Positions 1 to 8,991 of a stretch of 54,784 nt of DNA are shown here, one piece after another; within the stretch, counting starts at the first letter, position 1, and each line of letters begins with the position of its first letter. Made by a program: the position numbers and the translations under genes. Under the pieces are notes generated by a model. The model had not been told where the DNA came from. It did not search any database and saw only the letters and a list, made by a program, of their open reading frames with translations. Location of the stretch: NCBI GenBank assembly GCA_039588295.1, contig JBDHAB010000040.1, positions 1 through 54,784 on the forward strand, written 5' to 3'. The DNA comes from Gemmatimonadota bacterium. Its GTDB lineage: Bacteria; Gemmatimonadota; Gemmatimonadetes; Gemmatimonadales; GWC2-71-9.

Positions 1-183
1 GACCAGTTCCTGCTCGATCGGACGGATGAGGGAATCGTACACCTGCCCGATAGTGGCGATTTCCGCTTGAGGGCACTGCCACTGGGAGACGAACATGCCT
101 CGCGGCAACTCGGCTTCCTGCGCTTGCGCGCCAACGGGGATGAGTAGTGCGAGAGTGAGTGCGGTGAGCAGGGTGCGACGCAT
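1..183 (-). CDS. Secreted hypothetical protein, 5' part only (runs off window)
   Basis: Manual translation MRRTLLTALTLALLIPVGAQAQEAELPRGMF... shows a Sec signal peptide (AQA cleavage). AAGGAGG RBS precedes the ATG at 183. Confidence 0.75.
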   Translation of the reverse strand, partial: MRRTLLTALTLALLIPVGAQAQEAELPRGMFVSQWQCPQAEIATIGQVYDSLIRPIEQELV

Positions 184-215
184 GACGACCTCCTTGGAGG
201 GGAATCGCACCAAAC

Positions 216-809
216 CTACGGGACGCGTCCTGCGAGAAATAGAGAAAGAGTCGTCGGCTTTGCCGCGCGCGGCCGCCACGCGCTACAACTGTGTTTCGGT
301 GCAGGTGCACCGGATGATCGGTGGGAAGTGTGGCGCTGCGAGGCGTGTGGAGTCTGCGCGGTGTTGCAGGGTAGCAGAAGAAACGCCCGGCTCGAATGTG
401 GAGTTTGGCCCTGGCTCCAAACGTTGATTGCCTCAGGGGTTCGGACAACAATCTGTGGCGTCCCTCTGTATTCGCTGATTCTCCCTGCAACGCAGATGCG
501 CATGTCTGCGTAGGCCTGCTCAGGCGGCTCCGGAAAGTCGCTGCGATTCCCGCCCCAGATGACGACTGTGAATGGCTGGCTTGGGTACGGCTTGTCGAGG
601 TTGAGAAACGTCGGCTTGCCCCTGGAGCCGGACACATATCGGGCGCTGGCGACCAAACCACAAACTGTCGCCTGCTCGCCGACGTGGTTCTTCGCCTCAG
701 TTGCCGACAGTTCTCGCTGTTGTTCCTGCGGTACTACGGAAGATGCGCCGGCGGCTAGCACGACAGTGGCAACCGCGAGCGCAAGTGGTGCGACGAGCCG
801 CTTGTACAT
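216..809 (-). CDS. Secreted OB-fold nucleic-acid-binding-type protein with probable read-through C-terminal tail
   Basis: Signal peptide, then EAKNHVGEQATVCGLV...PTFLNLDKPYP..FTVVIW...GRISEYRGTPQIVV, typical of small OB-fold proteins. GGAGG RBS before ATG 809. The tail after ~AINV reads antisense through repeat copy 1. Confidence 0.75.
   Translation of the reverse strand: MYKRLVAPLALAVATVVLAAGASSVVPQEQQRELSATEAKNHVGEQATVCGLVASARYVSGSRGKPTFLNLDKPYPSQPFTVVIWGGNRSDFPEPPEQAYADMRICVAGRISEYRGTPQIVVRTPEAINVWSQGQTPHSSRAFLLLPCNTAQTPHASQRHTSHRSSGAPAPKHSCSAWRPRAAKPTTLSLFLAGRVP
265..363 (+). repeat. Diverged direct repeat copy 1 (start-less Zn-ribbon gene fragment)
   Basis: 85/99 nt identical to 2857-2955 by manual alignment. 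Encodes ARGRHALQLCFGAGAPDDRWEVWRCEACGVCAV. Confidence 0.85.
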
Positions 810-994
810 CGTCGCCTCCACGCTAGGAGACAGGAGGGTGGGTTACCTCGATGTTAGGACGTTGCTGTCGTGCCGCCAGAGTCTTTTACGACTGCACCTC
901 TCGGTTTTGCTATGTGTTGATGCTGTGAGCCGCGCCGCGCCGCTATGCGCAACCGAAAGCCCCGAACGCCGGGTGACGCTCGGGGCGCGAAACA

Positions 995-1023
995 ACAGCG
1001 CCCAGCACGGGGCCGGGCGCTGT
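995..1023 (-). terminator. Hairpin, probable intrinsic terminator of the lipoprotein gene 1074-2489
   Basis: ACAGCGCCC...GGGCGCTGT inverted repeat followed by TGTTT on the minus strand. Confidence 0.55.
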
Positions 1024-1073
1024 GTTTGAGATGACACTGTGACCCTCAGAGCCAGAGGGCCTCGCAGATACCG

Positions 1074-2489
1074 TTACGGCTTGTTGCCGTGCGGCTGATC
1101 GTAGTGGGCCTGCAAGTTGCCGTTCACAGTGAAGTCGAAGGGCACGTAGACAACTGGGTCATCGATGCTTGGATCGGCTCCGACCGCCCAAATCTTGAGC
1201 CCAGCCTTGTCGTTGTTGCCTCCTGGTTCGCCCGCGTCCTGCAGCTTGAACCAGATGTACGATCCCCACACACCGTCGAGCCTCCCAAACGCGTTCGCTT
1301 CGAACGTGTCGAACGGAGCCGGCGGCGGCTCGGGAGTGACATCGGGGTCATCGGTGCACGAAATATTCTCCAAGCTCTCCTTTTCAATGTGCCACTGCCT
1401 GCCGCCCCAGTTGATCTCCAGGTTGTTGGAGAGGGTGTTATCACAGTGCAGCGTGAACCCGTGCGTGAACCTGACGAGATCGCCGTTGATATCGAGAAGG
1501 CGCACGACGCCGCCTCCGGTCATCCGTCCTTCAGCGAAATGATCAGGTGGGACAGAGAGGCCGGCGGTAATCCACGCGAGGGATGCCGGGGACTTTCCTG
1601 AGAAGTCATTGTACGAGTGGAGCTGAACCGTCATCTGGTCCGCACCTGCCGGTATGGTGACGGGCACATGCTTGGTGTCCCATTCGGGGCCGTTGCGGCC
1701 ATCCGCCCCGTCACCGAATGCATCGAAGGTCCCCTCGTCCTCACCGGTCACGTACCACTGTGTCTGGCCGTTCACCGTCACTTCAATCTTGTTGGGTCGG
1801 CTATTCTCAACGTCTCCCACAATAAGCCATAGGTCAGCCACGCGATCGACAGACGAGCTTGCGAAGAAGAACGTCTGGGGCTCCGTGGTCATGAGTTCGT
1901 CGAACAGCCACAGACAGGCGAAGTCCTCACCGTCCCGGATCTCAATTGCTGAAGTCGATCCATCATCGAGAACGACGAGCACCGAGGCACCGTTTGGGAA
2001 CGCGAAATCCGGGAACACCGAGGCATCGATCTCAAGGCTATTCGCCCCAGGGGTGATCAGGTCTGTAATGTCAGCACGGTAGGCGAAACTCCGACCGTTG
2101 GGCAGCTCGGGGTTGTTCCCACCGATGAACTGCCCTGTGACCGGTTGACCGTCCACATTGATCACCTGGAAGTACGCCGGGTCATGGGGCCCACCTGGGT
2201 CATCCCGCAGTTCCCAGTAGAGAAGAGCCATCGCTACATCCACATCGGTCGGAATGTTGATGTCCACCGTACCTATGCCAGTGCTCGGCTCACCCAGGGC
2301 TACACCGCCAGCCACTAAGCCTGAACCTGAGATCACAAGATCAGTGCTGAGACCGTCTATTTCGGCGGGGACCATGGCAAACTGAGGTGTGCTCGGCAGC
2401 AGTTCCGACGGTGCCGATGTGGTCTCACAGCCGAGGACGGCGAGCGTCGCTAAAGCTGCCAAGGGCGCTAATGTTGGTTTGCTCCGCAT
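1074..2489 (-). CDS. Acidic beta-rich surface lipoprotein (471 aa) with a C-terminal GRMTGGG...GNLQ domain (possibly post-COAP-1-like)
   Basis: Lipobox LAVLG-C. GGGAGG RBS. Long ORF rich in Asp and Gly. Confidence 0.8.
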   Translation of the reverse strand: MRSKPTLAPLAALATLAVLGCETTSAPSELLPSTPQFAMVPAEIDGLSTDLVISGSGLVAGGVALGEPSTGIGTVDINIPTDVDVAMALLYWELRDDPGGPHDPAYFQVINVDGQPVTGQFIGGNNPELPNGRSFAYRADITDLITPGANSLEIDASVFPDFAFPNGASVLVVLDDGSTSAIEIRDGEDFACLWLFDELMTTEPQTFFFASSSVDRVADLWLIVGDVENSRPNKIEVTVNGQTQWYVTGEDEGTFDAFGDGADGRNGPEWDTKHVPVTIPAGADQMTVQLHSYNDFSGKSPASLAWITAGLSVPPDHFAEGRMTGGGVVRLLDINGDLVRFTHGFTLHCDNTLSNNLEINWGGRQWHIEKESLENISCTDDPDVTPEPPPAPFDTFEANAFGRLDGVWGSYIWFKLQDAGEPGGNNDKAGLKIWAVGADPSIDDPVVYVPFDFTVNGNLQAHYDQPHGNKP

Positions 2490-2799
2490 CAGAACCTCCC
2501 TACATCAGGATCATCGGTTCGGGCGATTAAGTCGCACACGGCAACGCCACCGGAGAACACCCAGTTACCGTTACCGCAGTTGAAACAATGACGGTTGCCA
2601 GAGGCGATAACCTAGGTTGCAGCGCGGCACACGAGTCCGCAAGACTGGCGTTTGCGCAACGCTGTGGCATCCCTGCGATGTGGTGTTCAAGGGTCGCGGC
2701 ACCGCCGCAACTGAAGTGAAATAGTCGTATTTTGCGCTCGCGATTTGAGAGTCTTGTCGCTGTTGAGCCTGCGTTGACACCCTCGTCCTACCGTCACGC

Positions 2800-3036
2800 A
2801 TGGAGACGGCAGTGGACCGCATCTGCTGTTTCTGTGGCGACGTGATGACCTGTAGGGCGCGAGGCCGCTACGCGCTTCAACTGTGCTTCGGTGCGGGTGC
2901 GCCGGATGAGCGGTGGGAAGTGTGGCGCTGCCCGGCGTGTGGGTTCGTGGCGGTGGCGTCGAATGGTGGACGCCGCTGCACGAAGGCGCACGGGCAGCGA
3001 TTGACCACGCGCTGGGGGACCCGCTGCGGCGGTTGA
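2800..3036 (+). CDS. Small Zn-ribbon-like protein (CxxC...CxxC)
   Basis: CCFC and CPAC motifs. The paralogous copy at 265-363 differs by many synonymous changes, supporting this reading frame. The 3' end overlaps the integrase remnant. Confidence 0.55.
   Translation: METAVDRICCFCGDVMTCRARGRYALQLCFGAGAPDERWEVWRCPACGFVAVASNGGRRCTKAHGQRLTTRWGTRCGG
2857..2955 (+). repeat. Diverged direct repeat copy 2
   Basis: 85/99 nt identical to 265-363. Confidence 0.85.
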
Positions 3037-3338
3037 TGCGGTCGCCCTACCTGTTCCCGTCCCCACGCAGTCCGCGCCAGCACGTTAGCCGGGACAAGGC
3101 TAGGCGTTGGCTGTTGGCGGCCGAACGGTTGGCGGAACTGCCGAAGCTGAAAGGTGGCTGCTGGCACCCGTTCCGGCGGGCATTCGCCAGTTCCATGCGT
3201 CACCTACCCCTACAGGATGTGATGTACCTGGGCGGGTGGACTGACCCGACATGCCTACAGACCCTGTACCAGAAGCCCGACCGGGCGGACCTGTACCAGG
3301 CATTGACCGACGCAAGGCCAGTGCGGACAGTCACATGA
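2913..3338 (+). pseudogene. Tyrosine recombinase/integrase, C-terminal fragment
   Basis: YLFPS, HPFRR (HxxR), LGGW and catalytic-Tyr region LQTLYQ are present. The N-terminal domains and first catalytic Arg are absent. Adjacent to a tRNA. Confidence 0.8.
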
Positions 3339-3343
3339 CGGAG

Positions 3344-3367
3344 TTTTCGCAAAGATTTTCGCAAAGA
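3344..3367 (+). repeat. Perfect tandem 12-mer (TTTTCGCAAAGA x2), candidate integrase arm-binding sites
   Basis: Directly after the integrase stop and ~80 bp from the tRNA 3' end. Confidence 0.6.
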
Positions 3368-3444
3368 GGCCCGATTTGGGCTTATTGGATGGTCCCCTGC
3401 TGCCGGGGTCTAGGCAGTGATTTCACAACCACTTAGCTAGTCAG

Positions 3445-3518
3445 TCGGGGCGGCCGGATTTGAACCGGCGACTTCCTGCTCCCAAAGCAGGCGCGCTACC
3501 GGGCTGCGCCACGCCCCG
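3445..3518 (-). tRNA. tRNA-Pro(TGG)
   Basis: CGGGGCG acceptor stem, anticodon arm CCTGC-TT-TGG-GA-GCAGG, T-arm GCCGG-TTCAAAT-CCGGC. CCA not encoded. Confidence 0.97.
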
Positions 3519-3939
3519 AGGAAGCTGTCAGCTGTCAGTGTGCCGCTGAACGGTACATGGTGAACGGCCGACGGACAACGCAGGAGGGTGGCTCATCACA
3601 TGTCCGCCTCCGCTTCGCTGCCCCGCAGACGGTGCATCAAGGCGGCCACGCTCTGAGAGGGTCTCACAGCCCCGCCGGGACCTGGGCAACGCGCCCTTCA
3701 CCACGAGTGCGATGTTCGCGGCCAAGAAACCAGCGCACGCGTCAACCACGGGAAGCACTTCCGACTCTTGCGCTCCCGATTCCAGCCAGCATATTCACTG
3801 CTGATTCCGCGGTGGCTCCTCCCGGCCCCGCCGCCTGACAGACGTCGCAGTTTGACGCCCGCCCGACGACGCGTCTCGCGAGACCTCCGCAGCCACACAT
3901 AGAGCGTACAATTCTCACACCCTCCCGAGGAATAGCTTT

Positions 3940-4473
3940 ATGCGTATGATCCGCAGCGTAGCGTCCGTATTCGTCATCGGCGCCCTGGTCGCGTCGTGCA
4001 GCGATCAGCCCGCAAGTCCCGCAGTCGACAGTCCCCAGTTCGACGCCCAAGGCCCCTTGGCTCACCATGCGTCCCTGGGTGGCGCGGATGTCTGTGAAGC
4101 CTTCGGCCTCCCCACCGGCTGCGATGCCAATTTCTCACTGGTCGCGAATGAGTCTGCCGACGGCAGTGTATCGGGGCAATGGCAAGATTCGTTCGGGCAT
4201 GGCAATGGTGGTGTTCACGTCGCGGTTGACTGTATCACCGTTGTTGGCAACGCAGCAGTGGTCGGCGGTGTGGTAACTAAGTTTGACCCCGACCCCACCC
4301 AGGTCGGTGAACGCGCTATCACGGCGGTTGTGGATAATGGCACGTCGGCCAACGATCCCGCGGATCAGCTCAGCTTCTCGTTCTTTCCCGTGGGAGACCT
4401 TGTCTGCGCCGATGTCCCCCTTGGCGCCTTTCCGCTCAACGATCTGACCAACGGACAAGTGCGAGTCTGGTAA
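3940..4473 (+). CDS. Hypothetical lipoprotein
   Basis: Lipobox LVAS-C. GAGGA RBS. Downstream hairpin. Confidence 0.8.
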   Translation: MRMIRSVASVFVIGALVASCSDQPASPAVDSPQFDAQGPLAHHASLGGADVCEAFGLPTGCDANFSLVANESADGSVSGQWQDSFGHGNGGVHVAVDCITVVGNAAVVGGVVTKFDPDPTQVGERAITAVVDNGTSANDPADQLSFSFFPVGDLVCADVPLGAFPLNDLTNGQVRVW

Positions 4474-4500
4474 CAGAGCTCCGGCTCAAAGCCACGACTG

Positions 4501-4534
4501 AAAAGCAGCGCCCGGCCTCTACGCCGGGCGCTGC
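4501..4534. terminator. Intrinsic terminator between convergent genes
   Basis: 12-bp stem GCAGCGCCCGGC/GCCGGGCGCTGC with TTTT on the minus strand. Confidence 0.7.
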
Positions 4535-4671
4535 GCTATTCGGTCGGCGTCCTGAACTTTGCTTCTTTCTTCCCAAAGAGAATCTGCAAGAAAGAAAGTT
4601 CAGAAAACTGTGACTTGAGAGGGGGTTCAGCTGTCGAGCAGCAGCCCTCGGTAGCGTTCCCCGGCAGCCCC

Positions 4672-5292
4672 CTACAACGGGTGTTGCCGCAGCCATTCGG
4701 CGAAGGCTCGGAACGCCCTGCCCCGGTGGCTCACGGCGTGTTTCTCAGCGGCGCTCGCCTCCCCAAAGGACTGCTCGAGATCGTCGGAGTAGAACAGGGG
4801 GTCGTACCCGAAGCCACTGGTGCCGCGGCGCTCTTCGAGAATGAACCCAGTGCACGTGCCCTCGAACGTCCGTGCCGGTGCGTCCGGCCGCGGCACGAAG
4901 GCCACCACGCAACGGTAGCGAGCGCGACGCCGCTCTTTCGGCAACCCGGAGAGGCGCCGCAGCAGCTCGTCGTTGTTCGCCTCATCCTGTTCATCCGGAG
5001 AGCCGACGGGCATGACGAACCGGCGCGACTTGACGCCGGGGAGCCCGCCGAGCGCGAGCACCTCCAGCCCGCTGTCGTCGGCGACCGTGGGTCCGCCCAC
5101 GATCCGCGCGAAGTGGTCGGCCTTGCGTCGCGCGTTGCCCGCAAAGGACTCCGCGTGTTCCAGGGTGGCTTCCTCCGGGCGCTCGCCGATGCCGGTCTCG
5201 CTCAGGAACCGCAGGGGCAGATCGGCAAGGATCTCGCGAATCTCCCGCTGCTTCGGGAGGCTGCGGGTGGCTACGAGCAGCGTCGTGGTCAC
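4672..5292 (-). CDS. rdgB: Non-canonical purine NTP pyrophosphatase (RdgB/HAM1)
   Basis: ADDSGL, GLPGVKS, GFGYDPLF and SHRG motifs. GTG start overlaps the rph stop (GTGA). Confidence 0.93.
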   Translation of the reverse strand: MTTTLLVATRSLPKQREIREILADLPLRFLSETGIGERPEEATLEHAESFAGNARRKADHFARIVGGPTVADDSGLEVLALGGLPGVKSRRFVMPVGSPDEQDEANNDELLRRLSGLPKERRRARYRCVVAFVPRPDAPARTFEGTCTGFILEERRGTSGFGYDPLFYSDDLEQSFGEASAAEKHAVSHRGRAFRAFAEWLRQHPL

Positions 5293-5999
5293 CGACCCAA
5301 CACGTGGCGCTGTGCGGCGAACAGTTGGCCGATTCCGTCCTCGGCAAGCTCCAGCATGCGGTCCAGGTCCGGGCGGCCAAACGGTACGCTTTCCGAGGTT
5401 CCCTGCACCTCGACGTACCGATCGGGCTCGAGCATCACGATGTTGGCGTCGACGTGCGCAGTCTTGTCTTCCGCGTAGGACATGTCTAGGCACACTTCGC
5501 CGTCTACGATTCCCACCGACACCGCGGCAACCAGCCGCTCGAACGGGTTCTTCAGGCCCGCCTCACGTGAGAGCCAGGCGCACGCGTCGGCGAGGGCCAC
5601 CGCCCCACCGGTGATGGCTGCGGTCCGCGTTCCCCCGTCGGCCTGAAGCACGTCGCAGTCCACGGTGATGGTGCGCTCGCCAAACCCGAAGCCCTTGAGC
5701 GCAGCGCGCAGGCTGCGACCGATGAGACGCTGAATCTCGGCGGTCCGGCCTCCGGGCCCACGGCGCTCACGCATCGAGCGCTGCGTGGTAGCACGGGGAA
5801 GCATGGCATACTCGGCCGTGACCCAGCCCTGACCGCGCCCGCGCCGCCAGACGGGTACGCCATCCTCCACCGTGGCGGTACACATGACGAGAGTCCCCCC
5901 CGCGCGCACCAAGCAGGAGCCCTCGGCGTAGGGGTTCACCCCACGCTCCAGTGTGAGCGGTCTCAACTCGTGAGCACGTCGGCCGTCGGATCGCATCAT
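5289..5999 (-). CDS. rph: Ribonuclease PH
   Basis: GWVTAEYAMLPRAT, EIQRLIGRSLR and DCDVLQADGGTRTAAITG motifs. Confidence 0.97.
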   Translation of the reverse strand: MMRSDGRRAHELRPLTLERGVNPYAEGSCLVRAGGTLVMCTATVEDGVPVWRRGRGQGWVTAEYAMLPRATTQRSMRERRGPGGRTAEIQRLIGRSLRAALKGFGFGERTITVDCDVLQADGGTRTAAITGGAVALADACAWLSREAGLKNPFERLVAAVSVGIVDGEVCLDMSYAEDKTAHVDANIVMLEPDRYVEVQGTSESVPFGRPDLDRMLELAEDGIGQLFAAQRHVLGR

Positions 6000-7381
6000 T
6001 CAGGTGGTGGTGGAGGTTGCCCGGTCGGTTGTGGTGCGGGTTCCAGCGGTTTCACCGGTCCTTCCCGAACAGCGGTCGGATCCGTGGTGCCCCAACGTCC
6101 GAATCCCCACTTCAGGAGCGGCGGCGCGATGAACGTGGTCCCCATGACCATGATGAGGATCGCGCTGAACAACTCGCGAGTGAGCACACCGGAGACCAGT
6201 CCGATGTTCGCGAAGATGAGTCCCACCTCTCCGCGCGGCACCATCCCAATGCCGACGCCGGGGCGGTTGAACCGCAGCCACGGCACCGCCCATCCAGCGA
6301 GCACCTTGCCGATGATCGCGATGACGAAGAGGCTGAGCCCGATCCCAAGCACCGCGACATTGTTGTCCACCAGCGGGTTGAGCAGGCTGACGTCGAACTG
6401 GGCTCCGATGCTGAGGAAGAATATCGGGGTGAAGATGTCGGCCACCGGCTTGATCCGGCTGTTAATCGTATCGAACTGATTGGTACCGGACAGGATGATA
6501 CCGGCGGCGAACGCACCGATGATCATGGCCGAGCCGGCGAGCTGTGCGGCGGCGGCCATGAACAGCAGGAACGCGAAGGCGGCGACCAGGAGGAACCCGC
6601 GTACCCGCATGCGATCGAGGAGCCCAAAGATCCTTGGCGCCACCGCCAGGCCGATTCCCACGGCCAGCACGAGAAAGCCGACCGCGATGCCGACGGACTG
6701 CCCGAGACCCAACACCGACACCGTCTGGCCGGCGATGAGCGACGCCACGAGGCCCAACAGCAAGATCCCAATGATGTCGTCGATCACCGCGGCGCCGATA
6801 ATCAGTCGTGCCTCGACGGAGTGCATCACACGAAGGTCCTGCAGCACCCGTGCAGTGATGCCGACCGAGGTGGCCGTGAGTGTTGCACCAAGGAAGATCG
6901 CCGTCGTCGTGACGTCGGCGTTGCTGTACTCGGGACCGACGAAGGGCGAGAGCCAGAACACGATGCCGCCGACCAGCGGGACCACCACACCAACGGTCGC
7001 CACCGACGCCGCAGCGCCACCGACTCGGAACATCTGCTTGAGATCCGTTTCCAGGCCGATCTCGAACAACAGGATCACGACGCCGATCTCGGCGAAGATC
7101 TGGACGATTTCGGTGAGCGGCTCCTCGGCCGCGGTCGGGATGATGCCGATGACGCTCCCCCCGAGGATGATCCCGGCAATCAACTCGCCCAAGACCGCGG
7201 GCTGACCGATCCGCTCGAACAGCTCTCCAGAGAACTTCCCCGCAAGTAGCATCACGCCGAACACGAGGAACAGATTCATGATCAGATTGCCGCCCTCGGC
7301 GTTCGCGGACATCGCCCACACTGGGGACGGTGCCGCCATCAGCAACAGAAGGGCGGGTCCAAGCGTGCGCAGTATGTTCAT
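5996..7381 (-). CDS. Cation:proton antiporter (CPA2/NapA-KefB family)
   Basis: Many TM helices. LLFEIGLE, ATSVGITARVL, AAVIDD and MVPRGEVGL motifs. Confidence 0.9.
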   Translation of the reverse strand: MNILRTLGPALLLLMAAPSPVWAMSANAEGGNLIMNLFLVFGVMLLAGKFSGELFERIGQPAVLGELIAGIILGGSVIGIIPTAAEEPLTEIVQIFAEIGVVILLFEIGLETDLKQMFRVGGAAASVATVGVVVPLVGGIVFWLSPFVGPEYSNADVTTTAIFLGATLTATSVGITARVLQDLRVMHSVEARLIIGAAVIDDIIGILLLGLVASLIAGQTVSVLGLGQSVGIAVGFLVLAVGIGLAVAPRIFGLLDRMRVRGFLLVAAFAFLLFMAAAAQLAGSAMIIGAFAAGIILSGTNQFDTINSRIKPVADIFTPIFFLSIGAQFDVSLLNPLVDNNVAVLGIGLSLFVIAIIGKVLAGWAVPWLRFNRPGVGIGMVPRGEVGLIFANIGLVSGVLTRELFSAILIMVMGTTFIAPPLLKWGFGRWGTTDPTAVREGPVKPLEPAPQPTGQPPPPPE

Positions 7382-7398
7382 CCAAGTCGGTCGATCAC

Positions 7399-7788
7399 TC
7401 AGAGTGGCGCCCGAGCTTCGGCCCGGAAGGTGTAGGTGTACTCGTAGAACGGGAACGTGAAGGTCACCTTGTAGGACGTCCTGAGCACGATCTGTGGGGG
7501 TCGGGCCGTCCGTCGCACCGTGAGCCTTCGCGCTTCGGATGGGAGGTCGAGGTCCACGATCCGGTCGAGCACGCGGCGCCGAATGGTGGCGTCGTCGTTC
7601 GTCGCTGCGAGCCGGGCCTGGGTATTCATCTCGTCTTTCAACTGGTAGTACTTGAACACCTGTCCGGCGACGCCGATGCCGTAGAAGATGACCACGGCGA
7701 GCAGGGCCAACGCGAGAACGCACCCGATCTTGCTCTTCCCTCGAGCGTTCCTCCACCTCCCTCGCTGCAACCGTCGCACGCTTACCAT
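7399..7788 (-). CDS. Hypothetical membrane-anchored protein with a pilin-like N-terminus
   Basis: Basic leader ...RG, then one hydrophobic helix. Fits the operon between lptE and the antiporter. Confidence 0.7.
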   Translation of the reverse strand: MVSVRRLQRGRWRNARGKSKIGCVLALALLAVVIFYGIGVAGQVFKYYQLKDEMNTQARLAATNDDATIRRRVLDRIVDLDLPSEARRLTVRRTARPPQIVLRTSYKVTFTFPFYEYTYTFRAEARAPL

Positions 7789-8312
7789 TGGGACTGCGCT
7801 CCATCGACAATGTCAGAGATCAGTTTCTCGAGGGCCACACGCCGTCCCTCGGCTTCGAGAGGCGGGTCGTACTCGCCGTCCACGATCAGCCGCGAGCGAT
7901 TCCACAGGGGTCGTCCCTCCTGCTGATCGAAGATCTCCACGTTCAAGGTAAGGCGAACGCGCCGCCGCGTAACAGTCACGTTCCCCAGCGCGCCGGGCTG
8001 TTGTGCCAACAGAAGATCGGGGTCGTACCGCACGATCGTACCGCGCACGACCGCGTCGGCAGATTCCTCACCTGACAATCGAAGCCCGAGCCGACTCTCC
8101 AGGGCGCTTTGGACGGCGTCGGCCACCTCCTGCGTGAGCGTCGGTTCGGCCGTCTGATTGTCGAACGGAAGGATGGCCACGGTGCGAATGTGGCCGGGAA
8201 GTCCGCCCCCTGCGAAGCCGTAGAGGCACGCGGAAGTGGTCAGCGCCGCAGCGGTCACGAGTGCGAGGCTGACGCTACGGTTCTCTCCAGATTTGCGGAT
8301 CCACCCCCGCAA
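7782..8312 (-). CDS. lptE: LPS assembly lipoprotein LptE family (start uncertain, TTG chosen)
   Basis: TSA-C-LYGF lipobox. IRTVAILPFDNQT and ADAVVRGTI motifs typical of LptE-like proteins. Confidence 0.7.
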   Translation of the reverse strand: MRGWIRKSGENRSVSLALVTAAALTTSACLYGFAGGGLPGHIRTVAILPFDNQTAEPTLTQEVADAVQSALESRLGLRLSGEESADAVVRGTIVRYDPDLLLAQQPGALGNVTVTRRRVRLTLNVEIFDQQEGRPLWNRSRLIVDGEYDPPLEAEGRRVALEKLISDIVDGAQSQW

Positions 8313-8991
8313 GGGAATCGATCGCCTCAACTGTGAAAAAGACGGCACTCGCCGATGGTGGGAACACCATCTGCGCGCTGGCCGGCCGCATGATGGAATC
8401 CGGGAACTCCACTTCGACGAATCCAACAATGTCTCCCGCCTGCCGCAGTTCGGCGCTCAGGGTTGTGCCATCGGTCCACACCGCACGATACGTCAGCGTG
8501 TCTCCGGCCGCCGCGTACCGCCATGCCCGCTGCTGGTCCGCTTCCCGACCCGACACCGACGCCTCTGGGCTCGGATACCGCGGAATGCCGAGCGCAGCCC
8601 AGAAGAGCGGCGCCACCTGAATGAGCTGGTCCGCTTCGCCTTCGGGACGCGACCATTGGATCTCGTCCCCCACTATGACTGCGGCGCCCGATCGGCCGAA
8701 GGGCCCGCGGTAGTCGAAGCGACCCGAATCTGGCGGAGCGAACCGCACGCTCGCTCGACCGCGGACACTACCCTGCTGCGTTTGAAACGTCCACCGAAGA
8801 TCGTAGCGCCGCGGCGACGTCGGGGTGAAGCTGTCCACCCACGCCGCGACCTCCGCGTGAGTCATCGGTGGCAGCGCATCCGGCGCCAATCGTTCGGTGC
8901 GCACCCCACACGCAGCCAGGGTCATGCCGCCAACCGCCACGAGATAATAGAAGGACTGGGTGAGATGGTCAAGCGCAAAGCATTGCCGCAT
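8275..8991 (-). CDS. Lipoprotein, possibly LolA/LolB-like fold
   Basis: Lipobox LAA-C. Beta-strand pattern with PPDSGRFDYRGPFG. Confidence 0.7.
   Translation of the reverse strand: MRQCFALDHLTQSFYYLVAVGGMTLAACGVRTERLAPDALPPMTHAEVAAWVDSFTPTSPRRYDLRWTFQTQQGSVRGRASVRFAPPDSGRFDYRGPFGRSGAAVIVGDEIQWSRPEGEADQLIQVAPLFWAALGIPRYPSPEASVSGREADQQRAWRYAAAGDTLTYRAVWTDGTTLSAELRQAGDIVGFVEVEFPDSIMRPASAQMVFPPSASAVFFTVEAIDSLAGVDPQIWREP

Larger units (their letters stand above)
1..3444. mobile_element. Degenerate genomic island integrated at the 3' end of tRNA-Pro (left boundary not visible)
   Basis: Integrase remnant points at the tRNA 3' end. Tandem 12-mer lies between them. Internal diverged duplication and non-housekeeping cargo. 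Confidence 0.65.

Noticed and set aside
2520..2790. Short palindromes (AACCTAGGTT) and TGGC motifs upstream of the lipoprotein as a sigma54 promoter or riboswitch
   Set aside because: GG-N10-GC spacing is not met, and no recognisable riboswitch consensus is present.
3524..3900. AGCTGTC tandem and short ORFs (3557-3838 etc.) beside the tRNA
   Set aside because: Only two repeat units. The ORFs have no motif or RBS support.
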